Shown here piece after piece: positions 8,503-18,674 of a stretch of DNA of 64,000 nt. The stretch is from an uncultured Candidatus Saccharibacteria bacterium. Lineage in GTDB: Bacteria; Patescibacteriota; Doudnabacteria; UBA920. A program made the translations under genes and the position numbers. Under the pieces are notes generated by a model, which was given only the letters and a program-made list of their open reading frames with translations, did no database searches and was not told the origin of the DNA. The number at the start of each line of letters is the position of its first letter. Position 1 is the stretch's first letter. The DNA lies in assembly GCA_964536745.1 (NCBI GenBank), contig CAZHYL010000001.1:76961-140960 (forward strand), given 5' to 3'.

Positions 8503-10557
8503 ATGCTTACATTGAACACAAAAATTGAACGACTGGCTGGAGTCGGCCCGAGTTTAAAGAAAACCCTAAATAATTTGGGTCTTTTTTATATCGAAGATTT
8601 ACTTTATCACCTGCCTTTTCGGTATGTAGATTTTTCCAAAAAAGTGCCCATCGGCTTAGCAAAAGTTGGTGAGATGGTAACCATAGAAGCGAAAATTATT
8701 TCTGTAGAAGCTAGACGTTCTTTTAAAAGTAGATTACAGTTCACTGAAGCTTTACTTGAAGATAATACTGGCCAAATAAAAGTTGTCTGGTTTAATCAAC
8801 CCTATATCGCCAAACAATTACCAATCGGCTCGGTAATTATCATTGCTGGAAAAATAGAGTGGTATAAAGAAAAGCAAATTACTAACCCATTTTTTGAAAA
8901 ATTAGAATTGGACTCGGAATCAGTTGGTAAGATTTTACCTATCTACCATCTAACAAAAGGGTTAAGTAACCTTAGGCTCGCAAAACTGATCAAACTTGCT
9001 TGGCAACAAACTACAAATAAACTAGATGATTATTTAGATAAAAAAACTCTGACAAGCTTCAACCTACTTGCCCTATCCGAGGCTATTTCAACCTTACATT
9101 TTCCGGTAAACAGCTCTGAAATTTATAAAGCCAGACTTCGTATTGCCATAGACGATTGTCTACCCCAACAAATTGCATCGAGTATAAAACAAGCCCAATT
9201 AAAAGAACAATCAGCGCCAATAATAAAAACTGACGTAGACTACATTAAACAATTGCTACAGCAATTACCTTTTAAACTAACTGATAGTCAAAAAAGGGCT
9301 ACATGGGACATATTGCAAGAATTAAGCCTAGGAGTGCCTCATAATAGGCTCCTTGAAGGTGATGTGGGCAGTGGTAAGACTGTAGTGGCTTGGTTAATTT
9401 CCATGATGGCAGTAAAAAACGGTTTTCAAGTAGCTATAATGGCACCAACGGAAATACTAGCTAAACAACACCACCAATCTTTTATATCCTTATGCGAGGG
9501 CCTATCAACAAAAATCGGACTCTTTACACAAAATTTTAATCTAGTGAACAATGAGGTCTTTACTAAGCAGGATTTAACAGCAAAGCTATCTGAAGATAAC
9601 GTGGATATTGTAATTGGTACCCACGCATTACTTTCCGAGCACTTAAAGTTTAAAAATCTTGGGGTAATTATTATCGATGAACAACACCGGTTTGGAGTTG
9701 GTCAAAGAGCTTATTTGCAAAAATCACATTCTAAGAAACTAGTCCCTCACCTGATTAGCATGTCTGCTACACCTATCCCTCGCTCATTAGGGTTAGCTTT
9801 ATTTGGAAACTTACAAATTTCCCAGGTTACCCAATTACCAAAAAATAGACAACAAATCAAAACCAAACTACTTTTAGAAGACGACAGAAAAATTGCATAT
9901 AAAAAAATTGAAGAAGAGGTGTCTTCAGGTAGACAAGTCTTTATCATTACACCAAAGGTAGAAGAGACCGACACTGAAGTTAAATCTGTAAAAGCTGAAT
10001 TCGAGAGAATTCAAAAATTATTTCCTAAATTCAAAGTTGGCTTAGTTTATGGTTCAATGAAAGGTGAAGAAAAGGACCAAGTCATGGAAGGATTTGCAAA
10101 TAACCAAATCCATATTTTAGTCGCTACAACGGTTATAGAAATTGGTATAGATGTGCCGAATGCAACTGTGATCCTAATTGAAGGCGCAGAGAACTTTGGA
10201 CTTGCCCAGCTTCATCAATTACGAGGGAGGGTGGGAAGAGGTTCTAACCAAAGCTTCTGCTACTTATTTACCACTCAAGACAGCCAGCTAGAAACTAAAA
10301 GATTACGAGTGTTTGAAACAACTACAGATGGTTTTGCCTTAGCAGAACACGACCTACAAGAAAGAGGTTTTGGTGATTTATTCGGAAAGCAACAGTCTGG
10401 TTTTGCATTTAGATTTCCAGAGTTTATGACTATCGAGGCGCTCAAAAAAGCTCATCAAATTGCAGAATCGATTTTAAAAAATAATCCAACGCTTCAAGGA
10501 TTAGATAAACTGAAACTAAATTCGAATAAGTACCTAGAAGAGATCCATAACGAATAA
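8503..10557 (+). CDS. recG: ATP-dependent DNA helicase RecG
   Basis: Wedge domain, GDVGSGKT, DEQHRFGV, SATPIPRS, QLHQLRGRVGRG. Confidence 0.97.
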   Translation: MLTLNTKIERLAGVGPSLKKTLNNLGLFYIEDLLYHLPFRYVDFSKKVPIGLAKVGEMVTIEAKIISVEARRSFKSRLQFTEALLEDNTGQIKVVWFNQPYIAKQLPIGSVIIIAGKIEWYKEKQITNPFFEKLELDSESVGKILPIYHLTKGLSNLRLAKLIKLAWQQTTNKLDDYLDKKTLTSFNLLALSEAISTLHFPVNSSEIYKARLRIAIDDCLPQQIASSIKQAQLKEQSAPIIKTDVDYIKQLLQQLPFKLTDSQKRATWDILQELSLGVPHNRLLEGDVGSGKTVVAWLISMMAVKNGFQVAIMAPTEILAKQHHQSFISLCEGLSTKIGLFTQNFNLVNNEVFTKQDLTAKLSEDNVDIVIGTHALLSEHLKFKNLGVIIIDEQHRFGVGQRAYLQKSHSKKLVPHLISMSATPIPRSLGLALFGNLQISQVTQLPKNRQQIKTKLLLEDDRKIAYKKIEEEVSSGRQVFIITPKVEETDTEVKSVKAEFERIQKLFPKFKVGLVYGSMKGEEKDQVMEGFANNQIHILVATTVIEIGIDVPNATVILIEGAENFGLAQLHQLRGRVGRGSNQSFCYLFTTQDSQLETKRLRVFETTTDGFALAEHDLQERGFGDLFGKQQSGFAFRFPEFMTIEALKKAHQIAESILKNNPTLQGLDKLKLNSNKYLEEIHNE

Positions 10558-10563
10558 AAAACC

Positions 10564-10592
10564 TTGACACCAAGGTTTGAATTTGATATAAA
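10564..10592 (+). promoter_or_regulatory. sigma70 promoter of orphan ORF 10665
   Basis: TTGACA-17-TATAAA with TG extension; -35 lies within the AAACCTTG-ACAC-CAAGGTTT hairpin. Confidence 0.7.
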
Positions 10593-10664
10593 GTTATGGT
10601 ATTAGCCCAGTGCAGTTTACGATGCTAATCGCCCAAAACTTGTGTAATAGGAGGAGAGATAAGA

Positions 10665-10865
10665 ATGAGTAATAAGACACCAATGCTCAAGAGAGATTAT
10701 GCGATTCTGGGAAACAAAACCATCCTAACAAGCTTTATCAGTTTCGATGGCCAGAAATGGATCCCTTATGGTCAACACCTTCGTGAGACTCACGTGAAGC
10801 TTGCGCGCCGTGCAGCCAATGCCCAAAACGGCAACAATCATCAAACTTACGCCCAAACCGCGTAG
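10665..10865 (+). CDS. Small hypothetical protein (66 aa)
   Basis: Strong SD AGGAGG (10649-10654), own promoter, terminator at 10891-10918. Confidence 0.7.
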   Translation: MSNKTPMLKRDYAILGNKTILTSFISFDGQKWIPYGQHLRETHVKLARRAANAQNGNNHQTYAQTA

Positions 10866-10917
10866 AGACCAAACGCAAAATCTCGAATTGGCCCGTTGCA
10901 ATTATGTAGCGGGCTTT

Positions 10918-12219
10918 TCATTTTATCTTCAAATCTCTGATACTTTTGGCTTTAGCAATATTATCAAACCCTAGTTTTTTAGACTCTTTTTCGCGTTTTT
11001 CTTCTTGAGAGACTTTTCTAATTTCACCTAACAATCCTACTTCACCATAAGCAACTGTTCCTTTTGGAAAGGTCTTTCCATAATAGGAAGATAAAATCGC
11101 CATCACGACTGGTAAATCTGCGGCTCGCTCACTAATCTTAAACCCACCTGCAATATTTACGTAAACATCTTGATTACTAAGATTTACACCCAAAGTTTTT
11201 TGGATGATTGCAAGCAGTAACTGAAGCCGATTTGTATCAAATCCTGAAGAAACCCTTCTTGGATAACTTGCATTCGTGGTGTTAGTTAAAGCTTGAATTT
11301 CAACTAACAAAACCTTGTTTCCTTCTAGTAAAGCTGCTACACAACTTCCGGAAAGTGGTTTATCGCGATGTTCAAGAAACATAGCAGAAGCATTAGCAAC
11401 TTCGGATAATCCGGTATCCTTCATTTCAAAAACACCAACTTCACCAATACTGCCAAATCTATTTTTACTACTTCGAAGCAAACGTAACTCTCCAAGACGT
11501 TCACCTTCTAAATAGAGAACGCAGTCTACCATATGCTCAATTGTTTTCGGCCCAGCCAATAGTCCTTCTTTAGTAACATGGCCAATAAGAATTATGGCAA
11601 TGTGGGAACTTTTTGCAGTCCTAATTAACGAGTTGGTAACATAAGAAAGTTGAGCAACACCTCCAATTACACCACCGGCTTCGCCGCTGGACATAGTCTG
11701 AATAGAATCAATAATTACCACATCTGGAGAAGTACTATCGATAGCACTAACAGCTAACTCTAAACTTGTCTCGGCAAGGACGGCAATATCACCCTTAAAC
11801 TTAAGTCTGCCATTACGCATTGCAATTTGTTGAGCAGATTCTTCGCCGGAAATATATAAAACTTTTTTATTGGCGTCGTCCAATAAATTAGCCAGTTGCA
11901 AAGCCAAAGTAGATTTCCCAATCCCTGGATCACCGCCAAGCAACACAACACTTCCTGGGACCAAACCACCACCAAGAACATTGTCTAATTCTTTAATACC
12001 AGTAGCTATTCTGGCAACCTTACTGTGTTCGACCTCTGATAACTTCACAACGCCAGCCGAACCGTTCAAACCAAAGCTAGGCTGGATTTTGCCAGTTTTG
12101 CCTGTCTGAATAGTCTTTTCAGTGAAACTATTCCATTGCTCGCAAGAAGGGCATTTCCCTTGCCATCTAGGGCTCTGGAATGAACAATTTTCGCAGATAA
12201 ATACTGTTTTTAAAGCCAT
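10918..12219 (-). CDS. radA: DNA repair protein RadA/Sms
   Basis: C4 zinc finger, GDPGIGKST, KNRFG motif, Lon-like C-terminal domain. Confidence 0.97.
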   Translation of the reverse strand: MALKTVFICENCSFQSPRWQGKCPSCEQWNSFTEKTIQTGKTGKIQPSFGLNGSAGVVKLSEVEHSKVARIATGIKELDNVLGGGLVPGSVVLLGGDPGIGKSTLALQLANLLDDANKKVLYISGEESAQQIAMRNGRLKFKGDIAVLAETSLELAVSAIDSTSPDVVIIDSIQTMSSGEAGGVIGGVAQLSYVTNSLIRTAKSSHIAIILIGHVTKEGLLAGPKTIEHMVDCVLYLEGERLGELRLLRSSKNRFGSIGEVGVFEMKDTGLSEVANASAMFLEHRDKPLSGSCVAALLEGNKVLLVEIQALTNTTNASYPRRVSSGFDTNRLQLLLAIIQKTLGVNLSNQDVYVNIAGGFKISERAADLPVVMAILSSYYGKTFPKGTVAYGEVGLLGEIRKVSQEEKREKESKKLGFDNIAKAKSIRDLKIK

Positions 12220-12277
12220 AAGTATATATTTATATTAGTATTATACCTTAATGATTCTAAAATTTAGATAAAATAAA

Positions 12278-12300
12278 AGGGCAACCAAATTGGTTGCCCT
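12278..12300 (-). terminator. Terminator after the beta-propeller gene
   Basis: AGGGCAACCA-AAT-TGGTTGCCCT with T run on minus strand. Confidence 0.75.
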
Positions 12301-12311
12301 AATAAACTTTT

Positions 12312-13457
12312 TTACTGCATCATCAGATAATACAGAGAATTATCATTGCCATTCTTAAAGAACAAAACTTTATTATCTAAACTTACAAACATTTCCTCTA
12401 CATCCATATTTGCACCTGGATCGTACTGGGTAGTGCTGTTGCTGTACAAATCAAGTTTGTAAATCCGATCCGAACTACCAGTAGAACTTGTGGAAGGAAC
12501 AGCCATTATGATACTCAAGCTATCCTTTCCCCACAATGCTTTAGTCTCTGTTGTGTTATAACCTAAGCTTCTAATTTCACCAGTCGCTACATCGCCCATA
12601 TACAAAGCTGTGGCTTGAGTACTAGGATCTTTTCTAGTAAACAAAAACTTTTTACTATCCGGACTAAATAATACACCGCGATTATATCCATCACGCACCA
12701 AAGTCTTAAAGTTCTTGCCATCTGGAGTAACAGAGACGATACTATTTTTTGTTAAATCACTGCTTTGTGTTCTGTAAAATAATATTGTTTGGCCATCTGG
12801 AGAGACCTTGATTTCATTATCTGGTTCGTACAAATCTGTTAAGACCTGATAGTTACTTGTGTCTGGATCAGATATATTTAAAGTTGCTTTTCCATCATCG
12901 CCAACCCAAACAAACAAAATTTTATTACCTGAAGGCATCCAGTCTACACTTTTTACTTGCCTTGGTAAGTCTACATAAGAACCTGTATCTGGGTTGTAGT
13001 AACTCCATGTTCTGGAAGCACCATCACCAGACTCTGCGATATAGCTACTCCCCACTGCCGGCCATAAAATTCTTCTAATATTACTTTTTTGTGGTACAAC
13101 TAATTCTGTCTTATTACTTAGTAAAACAGTGTTGCCTGTGATAGACATTTGAGTTCTGAAAAGTTGTCCCTGATTATTGAAATATGCGATTCCATCCCCT
13201 TGGAAAAATAGTGCAGGGGTAATTACTGAATCATTGGTCAATCGCGTGGCTTGAGAAGTTGGAGTTTCTTCTTCAACAGGAACTTCCTCTTCTTCAACAG
13301 GAACCTCTACAACAGGTTCTTCAACCACTGTTGGCTCTTCGGTAGCAACTTCTTCTGGAGTCGAATTCGACGAAGAACGATACCAAATAATAAAACTTAA
13401 TGTACCTACTATTAGTACAAAAATACCTCCTAAAATGGCAATGGCTTTCTTATTCAA
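12312..13457 (-). CDS. Membrane-anchored TolB-like/WD40 beta-propeller protein
   Basis: N-terminal TM, Glu/Pro/Val linker, repeated W/S-P-D-G blade motifs (WMPSG, VSPDG, TPDG, FSPDS). Confidence 0.75.
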   Translation of the reverse strand: MNKKAIAILGGIFVLIVGTLSFIIWYRSSSNSTPEEVATEEPTVVEEPVVEVPVEEEEVPVEEETPTSQATRLTNDSVITPALFFQGDGIAYFNNQGQLFRTQMSITGNTVLLSNKTELVVPQKSNIRRILWPAVGSSYIAESGDGASRTWSYYNPDTGSYVDLPRQVKSVDWMPSGNKILFVWVGDDGKATLNISDPDTSNYQVLTDLYEPDNEIKVSPDGQTILFYRTQSSDLTKNSIVSVTPDGKNFKTLVRDGYNRGVLFSPDSKKFLFTRKDPSTQATALYMGDVATGEIRSLGYNTTETKALWGKDSLSIIMAVPSTSSTGSSDRIYKLDLYSNSTTQYDPGANMDVEEMFVSLDNKVLFFKNGNDNSLYYLMMQ

Positions 13458-13521
13458 TGATTTTTAGTTAATTTTGTTTCAATATTCACCAAACTTAGGC
13501 TTTTTATTATTATAGCATATT

Positions 13522-14811
13522 TTAAAAGTTTTTGATATCTTTGCAAATATCTGACATGGTCGAGAAATACTCTGTCCCCGTTGCCCAGTCTACTAAAGAA
13601 CCAGCGGCAGAAGCGATAGTACCTATTACACCAGTGCCTCCAAAAGCAGAAGCCACACTAGACTCAACGCAAATATAAAAGAGTAGCCCAGCTAAAAATA
13701 AACTTACAATTACAAACACCACAAAATCTACGAATACTAAAATTGCTAACTCCCACTTTCGAGCAAGCCCTTGAAATTTACCAGCATCTTTAAAAAAGAT
13801 CCCAATAATTGCATATATATTTAGCACTATTAACAAAGGCACACCAAAGATCCAACCAACCACACTAAAAGTCAAACCAATGGTTATCAATAACCAAATG
13901 AACATAAGAATCGACATGTAGGCTTTTTCGGCATGGAATTTGGCTTTCTTAAGATTGCCATTTTTCAATTCAAAAGCCATATCGATTGCATCACCAATCC
14001 CTAAACTGATAGCGATATTAAGTAATAAAGAGACCAGCAATCCTAATCCTAAGGTCTCTGGACCAGACGCAGCTCCTGCTGCTGCAATTCCTGTTTGAAG
14101 TGCCTTTACTCCTGTTGCCGCAGCCTTTGCACCTTTTGCAGCAGTTGCGGCTGTCTTAGCGGTCTTAGCTGCTTTTGCAGCTCTTGCAGCTGCTTTAGCT
14201 CTCTGAGCAACTGCTTTCGCTGCCTGGAACCCCTCTTTTAAATTCCCTGGCTTCAAGCCTTTTTGAAAACCTTTTTGGAAAGCTCTATTACCAATCTTAT
14301 CGCCCACTTTATCTGACAGGTATTTCCGAGCACGCTGCTTAGCCTCTTCTTTTACCTTTTCTCGATTCTCTGGCGTGTCACTTTTAAAAGCATTCTTATC
14401 GCCTAAGAATTTTTCACCTGCCCATTTGGTTGGCTTATTTCGAACAACCGCATTAGCTCGTTTGTATGCCCTACTTGCTTGATCTCGCAAGCCACCTCTT
14501 CTAGAATCACGATACTGATCTTGGAACTCACCATCTTTCATCCCTTCTTTATTCATAGAAGGATACTCGCTATCCTGAAAATCTGATACGACTCTACCAG
14601 AAGACTGGTAGCCATCATTTGGGTCATCTTGAAAAGGCTGACGAGGATTCACAGAATTATACGAATCGTCATCCGTTAAACCGGTATTATTGTAACTATC
14701 TCGGATATTCTGACCTGGTTCATAATCATTATTAACAGAACCTCCCCCTGCAATATTGTTTGGAGGAGGTCCAGAATCGGAGCCTCGGTTTCTTGTATCG
14801 TCTAGCAACAT
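13522..14811 (-). CDS. Hypothetical membrane protein downstream of virB4
   Basis: Acidic disordered N-terminus, Lys/Ala-rich middle, 4-5 hydrophobic segments. Confidence 0.75.
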   Translation of the reverse strand: MLLDDTRNRGSDSGPPPNNIAGGGSVNNDYEPGQNIRDSYNNTGLTDDDSYNSVNPRQPFQDDPNDGYQSSGRVVSDFQDSEYPSMNKEGMKDGEFQDQYRDSRRGGLRDQASRAYKRANAVVRNKPTKWAGEKFLGDKNAFKSDTPENREKVKEEAKQRARKYLSDKVGDKIGNRAFQKGFQKGLKPGNLKEGFQAAKAVAQRAKAAARAAKAAKTAKTAATAAKGAKAAATGVKALQTGIAAAGAASGPETLGLGLLVSLLLNIAISLGIGDAIDMAFELKNGNLKKAKFHAEKAYMSILMFIWLLITIGLTFSVVGWIFGVPLLIVLNIYAIIGIFFKDAGKFQGLARKWELAILVFVDFVVFVIVSLFLAGLLFYICVESSVASAFGGTGVIGTIASAAGSLVDWATGTEYFSTMSDICKDIKNF

Positions 14812-14815
14812 TATG

Positions 14816-16660
14816 TTAGGTATTTAGCTCTTCTTTGCTTTGCTCTATTTCTAATAACTGCTTTGGATCGGTAGTAATAATTTGATCCTCGACATAAGAT
14901 GCATAAATCTTAATTGCTGCGTGCTTAAGACCTGCGAAGAATATGCCTTCACCAACATCACTTTCGAGTAATAAATACTTTTCCCCTTCAGTTAAGAAGA
15001 AAGTTTCGGCAACAACATCAATAGCGGCTGGACTTTGCTTCAACAGCAACTGAATCGAAGAGTTCGTAACAATTGGTTTACCGTAAGGACTAGCCATAAA
15101 ATCGGCCACATCTTGAGTGATTGTGGTTAGCCCAAGATAATATTTACGAGCACGTTTTGCTATACCAAACACGAATCGTGCGCTATCTTCATGTTGCATC
15201 ATAATCCAAGCTTCATCCAAAACCAAAATTCTTCTCTTAAGCTCACTCCTAACAACGTTCCAAATATGACCTAAAATAATGTACATTGCTATTGGTCGCA
15301 GCTGATCTTCCAAATCTCGGATAGAGAAAACTAAAAGTTGATTCTTTAACACAACGTTAGTTTGGTTATTAAGCAATCCAGCAAAAGTTCCTTCTGTGAA
15401 CTTGCCTAATCTTTGAGCCAAACCTTCTCCTCCTACCATTCCAGAGAGAATCTCGATTAAATCACTCATAATTGGCATTTCTGCTGTAGCAAAATCGCTC
15501 TGTTCTGTAATATCTTTCTTAGCATAAGTTTGCCAAAGAGCCTTATCTAAAATAGCTTCTTCGGTTGGGTCCAGCTTACCAAGTACTAATCCCATTAATC
15601 CGACTAAATTAATAATTGCGCTACGTAAAATATCTCCCTTATCTTCATCGTCCAAACCAATAGGTAAATCGAAAGGATTGATACGAAAATCGGAGTTCAA
15701 AGAAATATTTATATAAGTACCACCAACTGCCTCTGCTAGATGCTGATACTCATTTTCTGGATCAATAACAATTACTTCAATACCAACCATTAACGATCGC
15801 AAGATTTCTAATTTAATCGAGTAAGATTTTCCTGCACCGGATTTAGCAAACACTACGAAATTAGCATTTTCCATTTGGAATCTATCAAACAAGATCAAAC
15901 TATTGTTATGCCGATTAATTCCATACAATATCCCATCATTACCAGTTAAATCAGAAGATACAAATGGAAAAGTACTAGATAACGGGCTAGTGTTTAGATT
16001 ACTGGTTACATCTAACTCATCTAATGCAAGAGGAAGTGTAGAATTAAATCCAGACTCCACAGCCAACATCGCTCTTTTTGTTACCACTAACTTAGCACCT
16101 AATGCACTCTCTAGAACTTTTGAATTTTTATCTAACTCGTCTAAAGTATCTGAATACAAAGTGAAGTACAGTGCGAACCGGAAAAAATGTTCTACACCTT
16201 GCTGTAGCTGATCTCGCAATTCTTCTACGTCATGATACGCAGTTTCTAGTAATGGGTTTCTTGCCAAACCTTTTTCTTGTTCAATGGTGATTTGAGATCC
16301 GATCTCACCAATCTTACTCTTTAACTTCTTAAGTACCATCCCAGAATCGATTGGATAGATAAACATAGAAACATCTAAAGCACTTTCCGAATTGATTATA
16401 AATGATAGCCAATTAGATGATAAAAACCTTGGGTAGGCCAGCACAAAGAAACTACGGCCAAATTTGCCATTTAGTTCAAAATAAGAATTAGTGAACTTAA
16501 GTGAAGACGGCGCCAATAAATCTTTTAAAGTAGTAACACCTTCCCGATACTCTTTTTCTACTTCTGCCAACTTTTTGTCCGCAGATATTTCGCCTTTAAG
16601 ATGCTCGAGTTCGGCCTTCTTCTTATCTATTTCGCTTTTATCTAATGAAAATAAAGCCAT
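14816..16660 (-). CDS. virB4: VirB4/TraC-like type IV secretion ATPase
   Basis: Walker A AKSGAGKS, VIDPENEY, INPFD, Walker B LVLDEAW, KRARKY, TITQ. Confidence 0.9.
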   Translation of the reverse strand: MALFSLDKSEIDKKKAELEHLKGEISADKKLAEVEKEYREGVTTLKDLLAPSSLKFTNSYFELNGKFGRSFFVLAYPRFLSSNWLSFIINSESALDVSMFIYPIDSGMVLKKLKSKIGEIGSQITIEQEKGLARNPLLETAYHDVEELRDQLQQGVEHFFRFALYFTLYSDTLDELDKNSKVLESALGAKLVVTKRAMLAVESGFNSTLPLALDELDVTSNLNTSPLSSTFPFVSSDLTGNDGILYGINRHNNSLILFDRFQMENANFVVFAKSGAGKSYSIKLEILRSLMVGIEVIVIDPENEYQHLAEAVGGTYINISLNSDFRINPFDLPIGLDDEDKGDILRSAIINLVGLMGLVLGKLDPTEEAILDKALWQTYAKKDITEQSDFATAEMPIMSDLIEILSGMVGGEGLAQRLGKFTEGTFAGLLNNQTNVVLKNQLLVFSIRDLEDQLRPIAMYIILGHIWNVVRSELKRRILVLDEAWIMMQHEDSARFVFGIAKRARKYYLGLTTITQDVADFMASPYGKPIVTNSSIQLLLKQSPAAIDVVAETFFLTEGEKYLLLESDVGEGIFFAGLKHAAIKIYASYVEDQIITTDPKQLLEIEQSKEELNT

Positions 16661-17349
16661 TATGTTTCTATGTCCTTGATAGTTACTTTAGTTAACTGTC
16701 CAGCGTCTATTGCTGGGCCAGAGGCAAAATTATAGGAATTATAGACTAATTCGATTAACTGATCTGTTTTCATTCTTACAACTCTTAAACCTGAGCTAGA
16801 TAATGCAGCCGATACAGTATTCGTCCGCTCATCTAATTGCTTTTTATAAGCTACAAAGTTAGCTTCACGGTCGGAAATTTCTTTCGTCTTTCCAGAGCCA
16901 AACCACTTACTAAAGATACTTGTTGCCGCAGGATTGATACTGGTATCAAATGGCACAATCACATAAAAATTCTTATTCATTACATTAGCCGATTCAACTA
17001 ACCTATCGATAAATTCGATGTACTCTTGTGTTTGCATCCGCATCAACTCGTTAGTCTGCTTAAGCATCATAACTTTTAGTTTGTCTGTATACTCTGCGAT
17101 ATCCATCTTCCGAGATTGCATTAAAATCTGGACATGAAATTCCAAAGAATTCACAAAACGTTGATAGCTATAAATTAAAGCATTTTGTTCTTCTTCACTC
17201 TTTAAATCAAAATTAGTACTAGACACAGCTAAAACAGCTCGTAAAGTACCATTATTCATTACGATTACGTCATCTCTAATTTCAGACAATTTCAAAAACT
17301 GTTGAGTAGGAGAGCCTATTTTCTTTTTTGTCTTTATTTCATCTGCCAT
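16660..17349 (-). CDS. TraC/VirB4 N-terminal-like protein
   Basis: NFDLKSEEEQ motif and FYVIVPF; lies between prgI and virB4, stop/start overlap with virB4. Confidence 0.7.
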   Translation of the reverse strand: MADEIKTKKKIGSPTQQFLKLSEIRDDVIVMNNGTLRAVLAVSSTNFDLKSEEEQNALIYSYQRFVNSLEFHVQILMQSRKMDIAEYTDKLKVMMLKQTNELMRMQTQEYIEFIDRLVESANVMNKNFYVIVPFDTSINPAATSIFSKWFGSGKTKEISDREANFVAYKKQLDERTNTVSAALSSSGLRVVRMKTDQLIELVYNSYNFASGPAIDAGQLTKVTIKDIET

Positions 17350-17352
17350 AAT

Positions 17353-17808
17353 TTATTTTTGGATTTCCCTGTTTTGTTTGATTCTATTTATTAGATCTAA
17401 CTCTTCGGATTGTTGCTGCTGCAATATATAATTCAATTCTTTTATCTTAACTGCCGTTTCTTTAGCATTCTTGGGAGCAACTTTCTCTTCTACTATTTTT
17501 GGTGCCACTTGCTCAAATTCATCTCGCCCTTCCTTGTGATAAACATAAACTTTTGGACCAAACAAAAACTGAACAAAATTCCCAGCACTAGCATAGAGAG
17601 GTCGCCCATTTAATTTCCCAAATGTCAAAGCCAAAGCTGGAACTCCAGTGATACAACCCACTGCTATAGTAGCTGGAATGTTCTTACTCATAACGTAAAT
17701 TACAAAAGTAAATACAGATGCGCCAAAAACGATTGCAAATTGCTTAAAAGTTAAGCCAGCAATAATTTTATCTTCAACGTCTGTAAATTGTGGGACTGGA
17801 AACTGCAT
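17353..17808 (-). CDS. PrgI family (VirB3-like) membrane protein
   Basis: MQFPVPQF...EDKI..GLTFKQ, two TM helices, NGRP. Confidence 0.85.
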   Translation of the reverse strand: MQFPVPQFTDVEDKIIAGLTFKQFAIVFGASVFTFVIYVMSKNIPATIAVGCITGVPALALTFGKLNGRPLYASAGNFVQFLFGPKVYVYHKEGRDEFEQVAPKIVEEKVAPKNAKETAVKIKELNYILQQQQSEELDLINRIKQNREIQK

Positions 17809-17834
17809 AAAACTTACTTTACTATTATATCAAA

Positions 17835-18674
17835 CTAAATTCGGTTAACTTTAAGAGAAAGTAACAAATCGGTGATAAACTCAAACTCTTCTTGAGATAA
17901 AGGTAATACCCCATTCACCCCGCCAGCCAATTTCTGTTTACCATACTCTAAATAGTCTTTATAAAGCGGGCTTTGCTCTATATTACTCAATACTTGAAAA
18001 TAACCATACTGGCTCACAAACCCGAGCAGCTTCTGATAAAACTCCGATCGATACGATCCAGATAACACCGCTGAAGTAACTCCAGCTACATCATTGATGC
18101 TTTGAATGCTTAAACCAGAATCTTCATCCCTACCCATTGGCCTAACTCTTGAAGTAATGGGTTGCTTAGCTACCTCGACGCTGACATCGGACTGCGGCGG
18201 TTCAGGAACAGGGCTTGGCTTAGCTACAGGAGGTACCGGAGATGATCTTCGGTGAGACAGCTGATTAGGCATATTGCTAATATGAGGCATCGCCGTTGCC
18301 TTCGTACTCATCAATGGCAAACTAGAACCAGATGGTTTTGGTGGAAGAGGTCCAGAGGATTGCATTGGTCTAAGTCCCTCTGTATTTGATCTCTGAACAG
18401 GAATAGGTGTTGATGGTCTTGCCACCGGAGGGGGCACAACTGGACGAGAAACTTGAGGAGGGCTCACAGGTTGTGGTTTAACAAATTGAGGTGAAGTAGT
18501 TGTTGAGTTAGTAGTCGAGGGTTGAGGGGTTTTTAAAATCTCTTCCAATTCTGCAATCTGCTTATCATTCATCAAGGATGTTAAAGCCAACCAATCTTGT
18601 TTTTCTTGAGAGGTTAGAATGCTGGAGGTTTGTACCAACTGTTTAATTTGTAAAAGTCTTGCTTGGTCTATCAT
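17835..18674 (-). CDS. Hypothetical protein with Pro/Ser-rich linker
   Basis: Folded N- and C-terminal segments joined by ~150 aa low-complexity region; coupled to upstream ORF. Confidence 0.75.
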   Translation of the reverse strand: MIDQARLLQIKQLVQTSSILTSQEKQDWLALTSLMNDKQIAELEEILKTPQPSTTNSTTTSPQFVKPQPVSPPQVSRPVVPPPVARPSTPIPVQRSNTEGLRPMQSSGPLPPKPSGSSLPLMSTKATAMPHISNMPNQLSHRRSSPVPPVAKPSPVPEPPQSDVSVEVAKQPITSRVRPMGRDEDSGLSIQSINDVAGVTSAVLSGSYRSEFYQKLLGFVSQYGYFQVLSNIEQSPLYKDYLEYGKQKLAGGVNGVLPLSQEEFEFITDLLLSLKVNRI

